A stretch of 63,978 bases of DNA, counting the filler, from Octopus bimaculoides (taxonomy: Eukaryota), in the NCBI RefSeq assembly GCF_001194135.2. It is 7 parts of 7 records of this genome, joined end to end, with 100 filler letters (N's around TTAATTAATTAA, not from the genome) between each part and the next. Parts side by side here need not be neighbours in the genome. Positions count along the whole stretch, not along the records: positions 1 to 19,686 come from NC_068988.1; 6 more parts are not named here. One strand, written 5' to 3'. Positions within the stretch are counted from its first letter, which is position 1. Each line of letters opens with the position of its first letter. The position numbers and the translations under genes are program-made. The notes beneath the pieces are model-generated. The model did no database searches and was not told where the DNA came from. It saw only the letters and a list, made by a program, of their open reading frames with translations. This document shows, piece after piece, positions 1-11,079 of this stretch.

Positions 1-63
<63 letters not shown>

Positions 64-75
64 TAATAATAATAA
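1..75. repeat. (TAA)n microsatellite
   Basis: Direct reading of the sequence. Confidence 0.98.
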
Positions 76-76
76 T

Positions 77-232
77 GATTTCTTTATTAACCACAAGGGT
101 TTACATGAAGAAAAACATTATGGAAATGAGTTCTTTTATTGGCCACACGGGCCCAAGACATGGAGGACAATATCGAGGGACGAGTTACAGCACAAAAAAT
201 GACAAAAACATGTGGGGTTAACATCAACCAAG
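77..232 (-). mobile_element. Probable 3' tail of a retroposon (LINE/SINE) running into the (TTA)n tract
   Basis: Minus strand ends ...GGGCCCGTGTGGCCAATAAAAGAA...GTGGTTAATAAAGAAATC(ATT)n and resembles the SINE tail at 53700-53770. Confidence 0.35.
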
Positions 233-614
233 GGGAGATACTACCACACGATGCTGGATCATAGATATAGCATGCCCAGCTGACAACAAGGTATGCGATG
301 AGGAAGAAAGAAAAGTCGACTGATATGACAGGTTAGCTTGGGAGGTTAAGCAGTTGTGGTTGCTGAAAAAGGTGGGAGAATTACCAATAATTGTCGGAGC
401 CCCCTGGGAACAGTGAGTAAAAATCTTGAGAATTACATGGAACAAATAGGGGCTGCAATAAGGGTGGAGCACTTGCAGAAAACAGCACTGCTTGGAACTG
501 CTCGAATACTCCGGATGACGCTCGAAAAATAAGGGGGTGTTACCTTAGCTCACAGGTAGGGAATAGCTGGCACCGTAGTACATCTCCAACGTTAGAAGCT
601 GTGCAAAGACAATA

Positions 615-665
<51 letters not shown>
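233..665 (+). mobile_element. 5'-truncated R4/Dong-clade non-LTR retrotransposon: RLE endonuclease C-terminus, 3'UTR and (AAT)n tail
   Basis: Hand translation gives RCWIIDIACPADNKVCDEEERKVD*YDRLAWEVKQLW...ENLENYMEQIGAAIRVEHLQKTALLGTARILRMTLEK* (TAA 530-532). The xDxACP..K RLE motif and the LQKxALLGTAxILR terminus are typical of the R4 clade. A second copy is at 40149-40352. Confidence 0.88.
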
Positions 666-668
<3 letters not shown>

Positions 669-675
669 CTTCTAC

Positions 676-825
676 TCTTTTACTTGTTTCAGTCATTTGA
701 CTGTGGCCATGCTGGAGCACCGCCTTTAGTCGAGCAAATCGACCCCAGGACTTATTCTTTGTAAGCCTCGTACTTATTCTATCGGTCTCTTTTTCTGCTA
801 CTTACCACACAGCCACTCTTACGCC
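676..825 (-). mobile_element. tRNA-SINE family A, internally deleted (head fused to 3' tail)
   Basis: Head GGCGTAAGAGTGGCTGTGTGGTAAGTAGC is joined directly to tail AAAGAGACCGATAGAATAAGTAC...GAAACAAGTAAAAGA; compare the full copy at 14080-14496. Confidence 0.85.
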
Positions 826-845
826 TAATAATAATAATAATAATA

Positions 846-876
<31 letters not shown>

Positions 877-975
877 AGAAGAAGAACAAGAAGAAGAAGA
901 AGAAGAAGAACAAGAAGAAGAACAACAACAAGAAGAAAAAGAAGAACAACAACAACAACAACGACGACGACAGAA
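826..975. repeat. Compound (AAT)/(AAG)/(AAC)/(GAC) microsatellite
   Basis: Direct reading. Confidence 0.95.
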
Positions 976-1214
976 AGAGAATACTGCAGGAGGATAATAT
1001 TAAGATAAGAACTGTCGAAAACAGATTCGGTGAAAACAACTGTCTCCCTCTGATTGTGGATTCCATATTGGAATTTAGTGCAATGTAATAACCAATATTG
1101 CAGCATTTATTCAGTTAAAAGTGTTGAAAAGTAATGTTATTTTTCTTATGTCAGAAATGTTCAATCAGAAAGTATACACTATGGGCTTCCCTTTCTTTTA
1201 TAATCTTTATATCG

Positions 1215-1244
1215 GAGAGAGGGAGAGATAGATAGATAGAGAGT

Positions 1245-1308
<64 letters not shown>

Positions 1309-1603
1309 TAGAGATAGAAAGAGATTGAGATAGAGAGAGAGACAGAGAGAGACAGAGAGATAGAAAGAGAAAGAGAGATAGAAATAGAAAGAGACAGAGA
1401 TACGAAAGATAGAAAGAGAAAGAGAGATAGAAATAGAGAGAGAGACAGAGAGAGACACAGAGATAGAAAGGTAGATAGATAAATAGAGAGTTAGAGTGAG
1501 AGAGAGATAGAAATAGATAGATAAATAGAGAGAGAGAAAGAGAGAGAAAGAGTGAGAGAGAGAGAGAGAGAAAGAGTGAAAGAGAGAGAGAGANNNNNNN
1601 NNN

Positions 1604-1645
<42 letters not shown>
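1215..1645. repeat. (GA)n/(GATA)n purine-rich tract
   Basis: Direct reading. Confidence 0.95.
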
Positions 1646-1648
<3 letters not shown>

Positions 1649-2181
1649 ATTCAATAGCACTGTCTAGGTAAATGCAGCTTGTATCGACAGATTAAGATTT
1701 GACAATCGTCTGAATCGTTCTTATCCATCGATCCATACGTTATCGAAATGGTTAACGTATGCCCGTTTCTGATATTTGTTATTCTGGCGTTTCCCATGGG
1801 TGTTTGAACGGTATGAAGAAAAAGATTACTATAATATTGAACTTGACTGTATTGAGTTTTCTCTACTGAACTCGTCGTAATCAAAGAAGAATCGAAATAG
1901 TTGTGTAAAATATAAAGTGCCAGAGAAAGACTCATCTGTTCACATCCCATTAAAACGCGGAACCAATTCTATCAGAAATACCCCAGGATGATTACTGTTT
2001 CTGGAAGGCACTCAGGACAAGTGCCCTCTACTCTAGCGCTGGGTTTATCAATGCCTTGTGAGTGAATTTGGTAATAGTAATAGTAATAGTATGACAACAA
2101 AAGAATGAATGAGACCTCGATATTATGTAAATAGAGGAATTTATCTGTAATAAATGTGACAATTTTTGTTTGTCTTAATAA

Positions 2182-2920
2182 CTGACGAGGTGCCGGACAT
2201 CCGGAACTCGGAACAACATCCGTATTCTCGTTAATGTTCGAAACTGCAGTGTACAACTAATTCTTTATTCTGTATATTTCTCATTTTGTCCTGTTCTGGT
2301 GTTTTGCGAAATTTTTCTGGAGAACATTATTTTTCTTTGTGGTTGGGTCATTGATGACCTCTTTCTAGCATATTGGATGTCCACCTAGTGGTCATCCCTT
2401 ATACACGTGTAATACAATTTTTTCTGAATTTTCAGATTTTTTTATATGCTAGGCCACTTGGTTTTAAATTGAATTAATATACAATCTATTACCCTATCTA
2501 TATAAATAATAATTTAAATAGTTATGTTCTCCAGCCGGCAACATGTGAATTATTCTCTGCAGAATTGTTTCCGGAATTTTGCGCGCCGGAGCTGAGGCAT
2601 TTTGAAAAATAACCCCAATGTAATCAGCAGAACTGTATACAAGTCTTATTTCATGAAGACAATTCGTGTATAGTTCTGAAAATTATATTGATTCTAGAAT
2701 GGCTGTGCTGACGAGAACATGGATGTTGTTACGTAAGTAAAACGGTAATGTTCGAAACTGCAGTACACAGCTAATTCTTTATTCTGTATATTTCTCATTT
2801 TGTCCTGTTCTGGTGTTTTCCGAAATTTTTCTGGAGAACATTATTTTTTTTTGTGGTTGGGTCATTGATGACCTCTTTCTAGCATATTGGATGTCCACCT
2901 AGTGGTCATCCCTTATACAC

Positions 2921-2921
<1 letters not shown>
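2182..2921 (+). mobile_element. Penelope-like/retrozyme-like element with two direct repeats, each carrying a hammerhead motif
   Basis: 2233-2409 and 2747-2921 are near-identical direct repeats of about 175 bp, each preceded by CTGACGAG. The element ends in (TA)n. Confidence 0.7.
2702..2771 (+). ncRNA. Type I hammerhead ribozyme (canonical core)
   Basis: Stem I GCTGTG 2702-07 / CACAGC 2766-71; core CTGACGA 2708-14; stem II GAACAT 2715-20 / ATGTTC 2748-53; GAAAC 2754-58; stem III AC-TGCA-GT with palindromic loop; GTA cleavage triplet (A2765). Confidence 0.88.
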
Positions 2922-2954
<33 letters not shown>

Positions 2955-3246
2955 CCTACCAACACGATAATAAGACAGGTGTACTATAGATTTCAATTGA
3001 ACATCCCACCTTCTACACTTCAGTTTCATCGCAAATATCACACATACCATAAACCACAAAACTACAAGAAAAAATAATTAGATTTACGAATGCAACAACC
3101 GCGTGTAACCCTTCAGTCACTCTTTCATTTATGTGTTTTGCACGTATATTCATTCATGTTACAATAACAGTTACTATAAGAGATAAGCACACAATAGATT
3201 CATTCTTCATTGCTTTGTTCGCATGGAGTGTTCATTAGAATTACAA

Positions 3247-3277
<31 letters not shown>

Positions 3278-3287
3278 NNNNNNNNNN

Positions 3288-3319
<32 letters not shown>

Positions 3320-3491
3320 GAATGGTTAGCATAGTAATAACCACAATGGTCTATCGGCGATAGCCTGAGGGCTGTATGTATTTATCTATACCCCATCTTT
3401 ATATCTGTCTGTTTGACGTAAGTGACCTGACATGCGCAAACATACACTGTCACACGGTACTGACACCCACGTATGCACATGTACTGAAAAG

Positions 3492-3536
<45 letters not shown>

Positions 3537-3704
3537 CGCACACACACAAACACACACATATATATATATACACATACACACACACACATACATACATACG
3601 TATGTACTTACATACACACATGCACACACATACAAATAATAAGACAAAGAAAATACCTTAACATATCTTTAATGATTCGTTACAATTACATATATATATA
3701 TATA

Positions 3705-3905
3705 TACCGGAGTAAGCACATGAAATGTGCAACAAGGTGGAAAAAAGAGTACTCAAATACCAGAGGTAGAGTAATATGCTTTATTTAAAAGCAGCAGAAA
3801 TATAACAAAAAAACCGTTACTCTGAGTTTCACGTTCCCGTTCATCGGGAACGTGAAACTCAGAGTAACGGTTTTTTTGTTATATTTCTGCTGCTTTTAAA
3901 TAAAG
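3705..3905 (-). mobile_element. Penelope-like terminal-repeat fragment with a perfect 61-bp foldback
   Basis: Minus strand reads hammerhead, then AATAAA, then (TA)n. Arms 3779-3839 and 3845-3905 are exact reverse complements around TTCAT. Confidence 0.6.
3814..3847 (-). ncRNA. Minimal hammerhead ribozyme motif (U4C core, 5' strand of stem I lost at the foldback)
   Basis: Minus strand: CCGATGA-ACG GGAA CGT-GAAAC-TCAGA-GT-A-ACGG. Confidence 0.65.
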
Positions 3906-4038
3906 NNNNNNNNNNNNNNNNNNNNNNNNNNNNNNNNNNNNNNNNNNNNNNNNNNNNNNNNNNNNNNNNNNNNNNNNNNNNNNNNNNNNNNNNNNNNNNN
4001 NNNNNNNNNNNNNNNNNNNNNNNNNNNNNNNNNNNNNN

Positions 4039-4081
<43 letters not shown>

Positions 4082-4529
4082 CAAATGGCCTATCACAATG
4101 GAGTTTCCACGGTACGTAACAGCTTCCTCATTGAAATCGACAGTTAACAAGACTATTGCATTGTACGTATGCATTGAGCACTTCGACGTTATCGTTACTC
4201 TCCGAAGGATATGCACGCGCGCGTGTGTTACAGCAAACTCTTTTAAAATCTGTTATTACCATCACCCACATAAATTTCGTTATCGAGGTGGCTTAATACA
4301 GCTTTATTCAAATTTTTCAGCAAATTTTTCGACGAAGACGAATTATGATGTCAAGTGGGACACCATTTGTTTCGTAAACTTTATTCTTTATTCCAACAAA
4401 CCATACTAACTTTACACAAATATAAAACTAGAAGCAATATTTTCCTATGAATTACTCTTTAAGCATAATTCTTGATTGGCCTCCTCATGCTTACCTAAAC
4501 GCTCTAGGATTTTCAAATACTTCAAACAC

Positions 4530-4560
<31 letters not shown>

Positions 4561-5474
4561 TAAAACAGTTCCAACTCTGTCTATTTTTTAATGTTTTATT
4601 TATATTCTTATAAAATTAATGTGGGATATAGAATATGGTATATATAATATAAATAGTAAAATGAAATGAAGTATTGAATGACTTATTGAATATATAAAAT
4701 ATTGAGTATTAAATATATAAGGGCTAGTATACTTTCCTGCTTTATAGCAGTCATCAAGGTCCCGTCTGACAGATCATTGTGTCTGGGGAGAGTCAATCTG
4801 TTATAATGCCTTATTAATTAACACACTCATCAGTTCAATTTCCACTCATTAAGTAAATAAACTCTACAGGCACGGAAATGCTGTCAGACGGACCTGCCCG
4901 AGACGTGCGCAGCGCGACGAAACCATTCTGCACGCACTCGTCCAGTGTCCATGCATTACTACCTTGTGGAGTTATGATGAATAGTTATCGCGTGTAGGAC
5001 GGATCCGGCTATCGGCCGAGTCCATAGTAAAGAGTAAAGATTGACCCATTGATTTGTTTTAGCCAGGGAGGGCAGACAATTTTCTTCTGTCTGGTAGCAG
5101 TAGCGAAAGAGGTTGCATGGTAGAGCAGGTTGAAATGACTGAAGACAGACAATTTTCTGTTCGGCCAATCCCTCATCAACTTTTTCAAATTTCACTTGGA
5201 CNNNNNNNNNNACCTGAGCCAACGCTGGGTAGTCCTATTGGGGAAATCTCATTGTTATATTTTTCTTCTTTAATGTTTATTGCTATTGTTTTCCCAATTG
5301 CTTACTCGTTGTTTTGCGTAAAACTCCCACTGTCCCCGTCTACTGTATTGTTCCTTATATGTCGGTACTAGTGGCCAAGAAATGAAATAATAATGATGAT
5401 GATAATAATAATAATAACAATAATAATAATAACAACAACAACAACAACAACACCAACAACAACAACAATAATAA

Positions 5475-5849
5475 CCAGCAGATGACAACGTTTCTCTAAA
5501 AGAATTGGAAAAATCTTCAAAATACAAAGACCTGAAAATAGAGGTAACTCGAATGTGGAATCTGAAAACAGAAACAATTCCTAACATAGTAGGTGCCTTA
5601 GGTATAATAAGAAAAATATTCAGACAAATACATAACAAAAACACCAGGACTTACAAATATATATAACATACAGAAAATTGCACTACTGGGCAGTGCACAC
5701 ATCCTACGCAAAACACTTTCAATACAGTAACCATAAGAGCATCACAGCAAACCACAGCGCATACCCAAGGCGCATAGAGCTGCATTCAGTAGTGAAGTGA
5801 AAGCTCGTTATAAAAATAAAACTACTGAACAATAATAATAATAATAATG

Positions 5850-5885
<36 letters not shown>

Positions 5886-5910
5886 TTAATAATAATAATA
5901 ATAATAATAA
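5475..5910 (+). mobile_element. 5'-truncated R4/Dong-clade element (second family) embedded in (AAT)n
   Basis: Translation PADDNVSLKELEKSSKYKDLKIEVTRMWNLKTETIPNIVGALGII.. and (shifted frame) ..TKTPGLTNIYNIQKIALLGSAHILRKTLSIQ*. (AAT/AAC)n lies upstream (5386-5474) and (AAT)n downstream (5830-5910). Confidence 0.9.
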
Positions 5911-6329
5911 TGAGATATTTATAAATTTCTATATCTTAGCTATGCTAGTTCCAACTTGTCGATGCTCCTCTCAAAAATCCCCTCCCACTCGCCCCTAATC
6001 CACAGCCAATCATGTCAAGTAGCAGTCCAATCAAACAACCTGTATTAGTAGACACAAGCCCGCTTCTCTATTTAACGCCACAGCATCAGCAGTAGCTAAC
6101 CCACAGCCGTAAATCTGCCATTATTTGTTGTCTAAAGAAATCAGGGGTGGCAATATTAGGACCCCTCAGCCCTGTAGCAATAATATAAGTATAGCAATAA
6201 TTGTGAAACTATAGTAGTGAACAAGTAAATAATAAGATAGGGATTATAGTAGTAATAGTGAAATTATAATAGTTAACAAGTAAATAATTACCCAGATTGA
6301 TAATTGCCCAGAATGATTAACAAGTGGTG

Positions 6330-7450
6330 TTCTGAAACCGTCGAGTCGCTAGCGACTCAACCGGCAATCCCACTAAGCTTGCCTGGTGAGGAGGGTGGAT
6401 TTTTGGCACCCTGCAGGATTAAAAGCAAGTCTTGGCAAAAGGCAGAGGAACTCAGAAGAGTCAACGGCCATTCCGAAAACGAGTAGACAGAACTCGTTAG
6501 CCCTGGTTGGCAGTCTGTCTAGGAAAAGGAACACTCTGATTTAAAAGTGGGGTAGATAGGAATCCTTAGACCCAGTGGTGACAACTTGTCAGTGTCCAAC
6601 GGTTCCATGCCTGGGATGAAGACGAATGGACCGTAAATCGGGACTTAACTCCGGAGCAATATTTTGATGAAGATATGAGACCAACTGACACTCACCTGTC
6701 TCCTAGTGAGAATCAAGATCATCGTCCCCAACACACAGAAATGCGAAGGCAACTGGCCCAAGTTATGGGAAGTAAGAGCTCTGCAGTCTTGGTCGACTAT
6801 CTTGTGATGTTTCGATAAAAATACCGGTTGGTGGCTAACCTTAAAACACATGCCTCAATTAGAGTGAAAATGTCTAATACAAATGTATCAAATAATGGTG
6901 GTGATGAGGATAGAACCAAAGGTGAAAGCCTTTCGCACGGCAGATGACCTGTGGTTGCACAGTGCAGGCTCGGTCGTCATCCAGAGACTGCTTGTTCACA
7001 AAGCTAGAAGCAGAGAAGAAGGTGGGAGAAGGAGTAAAACCGGACGGTAATTGAATGCTGGATCAGGAGTGAACCCAGGAAAACGAATGGAAACGAATGA
7101 AAGAAATGAGATGGGACTCTTCGAAACAAGTGAGCAACGGTTAGCCAATCAAGGAAGAGCAATAAGAGCAAAAGGGTGGTTAACAGACATAGAAATAGAA
7201 GAGATAAGAAGGTAAGTATAAGACAGAAATAATACTTCACCAACAGATAACGTGCCCAGTGAGAACAGAAAAATACAAGGCGGCAGTGAAGACGTAGAGC
7301 AAAGTATAAACGTAAATGCCTTCTCAGCAAAGGAAACAGAAGGAAGAGCTATATCACAAGAATACGATGATGACCAACAAGACATAGTGAGGACGCTGTA
7401 CCGATATATTAGAGAAAACCAGGATCAAGCAGCCCCCATCCCCCACCAAA
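6330..7450 (+). mobile_element. 5' portion (probable 5'UTR plus decayed ORF N-terminus) of an R4/Dong-like element
   Basis: About 7045-7235 translates, with frameshifts, to [51 protein letters not shown], which matches the recognisable R4-clade N-terminal motif (xEQRLxxQxRxIxxxxWLxxxExEEI). The extent of the 5'UTR is inferred. Confidence 0.65.
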
Positions 7451-8185
7451 AAATTCCGCATTTTGAAATATATTGTTATGAATTTCATGTTTCAAAACGT
7501 TGCTTACTTTTTACTCAGACTGATATATATAATGAAAGCCACTAATGATCCGTCTTTTTTTGCCTGTCCTTCTTATTGTTGTTTCTCTTGTCCGCCTTTG
7601 TATCGTCTATCTGTTCGAACGTTTTAATGCCCTCTATTGTGTTTTTGTTCCATATATATGTAAGAACGACCGTGCGAACCCAAAAGGAGAAATGGTGACG
7701 AATGGAAAAACAGGGCTCCTTTTATTTAAACGCGTCACACGGTCGAACACAAAAATATATCAATGATGATATTTATATGTTATACTTCGATAACATAGTG
7801 AATTCGTAAATGGCCAGTAAGGAAGACGATAGAACACAACCGATAGAGATGAATAACAGAAATATTTATTGTGACATTAAAATGTATGTCTGTGTGTGAG
7901 TGTGAATGCGACATAATAAAGACATAATAAAAGACAGGCCGTCGTATAAAGAAAAGAGTGTGTGTAAGAGATACATGTATGTGTATGCGTGATATACAGC
8001 AGATATGAAAAGAGTCAGTAACACATATACGAATTTGCCAGTTCTTAGAGTACACAATAGGAACAGTCTGTATGTAAGAAGTTGAAGCGTGTGGGGCAGT
8101 GCGATCACTCGTCGTGATGTTAGGGCTTCCATGCTGAGCCGGGTTCTGGAATACAGATGTTCGTCGCGGGCTAGGTTCTTGTCTA

Positions 8186-8799
8186 TTATTTATCGTGGTG
8201 AAGATGAATCACACAAACAGAATCGAAGAGAGATGTGCCGCGGTTACTGTTTGGTAGCTTGTGTACGTGGAAAGTCGTGTTGACGATGTTGGCGACGTCG
8301 GTGGCGAANNNNNNNNNNNNNNNNNNNNNNNNNNNNNNNNNNNNNNNNNNNNNNNNNNNNNNNNNNNNNNNNNNNNNNNNNNNNNNNNNNNNNNNNNNNN
8401 NNNNNNNNNNNNNNNNNNNNNNNNNNNNNNNNNNNNNNNNNNNNNNNNNNNNNNNNNNNNNNNNNNNNNNNNNNNNNNNNNNNNNNNNNNNNNNNNNNNN
8501 NNNNNNNNNNNNNNNNNNNNNNNNNNNNNNNNNNNNNNNNNNNNNNNNNNNNNNNNNNNNNNNNNNNNNNNNNNNNNNNNNNNNNNNNNNNNNNNNNNNN
8601 NNNNNNNNNNNNNNNNNNNNNNNNNNNNNNNNNNNNNNNNNNNNNNNNNNNNNNNNNNNNNNNNNNNNNNNNNNNNNNNNNNNNNNNNNNNNNNNNNNNN
8701 NNNNNNNNNNNNNNNNNNNNNNNNNNNNNNNNNNNNNNNNNNNNNNNNNNNNNNNNNNNNNNNNNNNNNNNNNNNNNNNCATTCTTGACTTTCATTCAT
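8186..8799 (-). CDS. Candidate compact host gene; most of the CDS lies in the N gap 8309-8779; product unknown
   Basis: ATGs at 8799, 8795 and 8782 just before the gap. After the gap, GC/CpG-rich non-repetitive sequence stays open in all three frames until stops at 8244, 8209 and 8186. TATAAAA upstream (9139-45) and AATAAA downstream (7865-70, 7721-26), all on the minus strand. Frame cannot be determined. Confidence 0.3.
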
Positions 8800-8912
8800 C
8801 AGTCAAGTCCCAGAAGTCACGACAATTTCGGTCAGTTCCACTTGAGATGGTCATGGAGATGTAAGCACGTATGTGTGTGTCTCTGTGTACGAGAGGAGGA
8901 CAGGAGTGAGCA

Positions 8913-8948
<36 letters not shown>

Positions 8949-9138
8949 TGAGAGAGAGAGTGAGAGAGAGAGAGAGAGAGAGAGAAAGAGGGGGGAGAGA
9001 AAAATGATTACAATTGATCATAGAGCTAGTCACGATCTGACTTAGGGTTAAACAACGACGGCAACTTTGCGGAATTGAAAATCGGACCTTCTTTCTATGG
9101 CATCTAAAGCTGAGCTTACTAAAATCTCACCGTTACTA

Positions 9139-9145
9139 TTTTATA
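9139..9145 (-). promoter_or_regulatory. TATA-box candidate for the minus-strand gene candidate
   Basis: TATAAAA on the minus strand in a CpG-containing, repeat-poor segment; TTAGT and TCAGC initiator-like words 25-34 nt downstream. Confidence 0.3.
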
Positions 9146-9557
9146 TCGCGTCAGGAAACCGCAATTAGGATTGCAATTGATCGAACGAACGAACGAATGA
9201 AAGATATTTTCTCTTCGCTTAACCGCTCATCTATTGAAAAGGACGGGGTGAAACGGGGCGGAATGAAGCGGAAGTAGACGGAAGGAGATGGAGAAAAAAA
9301 AAAAGGAAAAACAGTTTCGATATTTCAGTAGAAGCGTAAGTGAATGACAGCTTTAACGAGTAGATTGGACGATGGGTCATGGCCCAACATGAATAAATAA
9401 TTCGAGATCAAATCTATCCGATCATCGATTAGTTAGCGCGTAAGAGCAGAGCAGAGCGAGAGAGGGAGAGAGAGGGGGGATAGAGAGAAGGAGAGAGAGA
9501 CGGATGTATATATGCATTTTCTGTGTGCGTATGTGTGTGTGTGTATATATGTGTGTG

Positions 9558-9590
<33 letters not shown>

Positions 9591-10169
9591 TCATACTCAC
9601 ACACACACACACACTCATACTCACACACACACAAACGCACACACGCTCACGCACACACGCTCACGCACTCACTCACACTCACACACACAAACGTACACGT
9701 GTGCGCGCACGCTCACACACACACACAATCACACGCACACAGAAGTTATCTTCAAAGAAACTATTAACTTTCGATGCTAAGAGGAATGCTGCTAAATTTG
9801 TCTCCCGATATGAAGAATTTCCCCGTTCGTTCTGATTATATAAATAAGTAAATGAAACACTAAAAACAAACAAACAAATAAATAAACATATCAATAGATA
9901 ATTAAGGAAGAGTAATGCGAAGAACAGAATGAAGAAAAAAAATTGAAACAGTTGCTCCTCCTCTAATGAAAATAATATCAAACAAACTATAAATAATGAC
10001 CAATGAATTTATTTAAGAGTATTTATTTATGGTTGAAAAGAAAACGGAAAGATCTTTCAAAAGCGAAATAGTGTAGCCGTCACTCGCGAGCGAACGTAAT
10101 GCGGTTAACATGTACCGTGCTCTCGTTAATTGTTTTAGTTGCCTGTGTAATCTCGAGCAGATATAGACA

Positions 10170-10385
10170 TCCTGTCAGTGCCCAGCATCCATGATCCGGT
10201 TGAATATTCAAGGCTGTGAAAGCTGGAAGGTGAGAGGTGAGAGAAGGCTGCTACAGGTAGGACCTGCTTAGTTTGGTACACACTCAAAGCTGAGTGGACT
10301 GGTGCAATATGATAGAAAATGCCCACAACGATCAAGTTGGAACTGAACCTATGAGCTTACAATAGTGAGAACAACACTTTAACCA
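10170..10385 (-). mobile_element. tRNA-SINE family C, degraded
   Basis: Similar to 51276-51599 (GCTGAGTGGACTGG...GAACT...CTTTAACCACT). Confidence 0.6.
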
Positions 10386-10577
10386 CTTGACCCTCAAATT
10401 TTTTCATAAAATGTTACATATTAAAGGTTATTTGAGGTTTTCTGAAAGGGAACTATTTCACCTCGATTCTCTAACCCTAACCCTAACCCTAGCCAAGTTT
10501 GGCTGCTTTCATCTTTCTAGTAAGTCTAGGAAGGAAGCTAAGCTTCCTTCCTTCCTTCCTTGCATGCTTTCTCGGTT

Positions 10578-10623
<46 letters not shown>

Positions 10624-11079
10624 GCTTGCTTGCTTGCTTGCATACTTGCATGCTTTCTCGGTTTCTCTTTCTTTCTTTCTTTCTTTCTTTCTTTCCTTTT
10701 TTACTTCTTTCTTTACTCCTTTTATTTTTTATTTTTTTAAATTCTTTCATCTTTCATTTTTCTTAGCGAGATCACTTAGTAGGGTGGTGGTAGTGGTGGT
10801 GTTGGTACAAGGATTAGTGAGGTTGCGATGTGAGCGAATGAGGGTAGGGAGAGAAAATAAAATAGAATAAAATAAATAAAGAAGGAAAGAAAGAAGAAAT
10901 AAAGAAAGGAAGAAAAACGATTCGAGTACTTGACTGGCGCATTATTTGCCGACCCTGAACGGATGAAAAGGATAGTCAGCATCGGCGGGATGTGAGCACA
11001 AAATGTAAAGTGCAAGAATAAACACTACATGCTCAATGTTCTACCGATTCGGCTAATTCCTCATCCTTTTTGTTTCTAA

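Noticed and set aside
4895-4930. CCGAGA-CGT..ACG-AAAC in a CpG-rich patch
   Set aside because: The core is one base short and there is no stem III or stem I.
8784-8807. Minus-strand CTTGA-CTGATGA-AT-GAAA-G-TCAAG hammerhead look-alike
   Set aside because: No room for stem II or III; just a 6-bp hairpin.
10471-10491. (CCCTAA)x3 telomere-like motif
   Set aside because: Only three units in a slippage-prone genome; insufficient for an interstitial telomere call.
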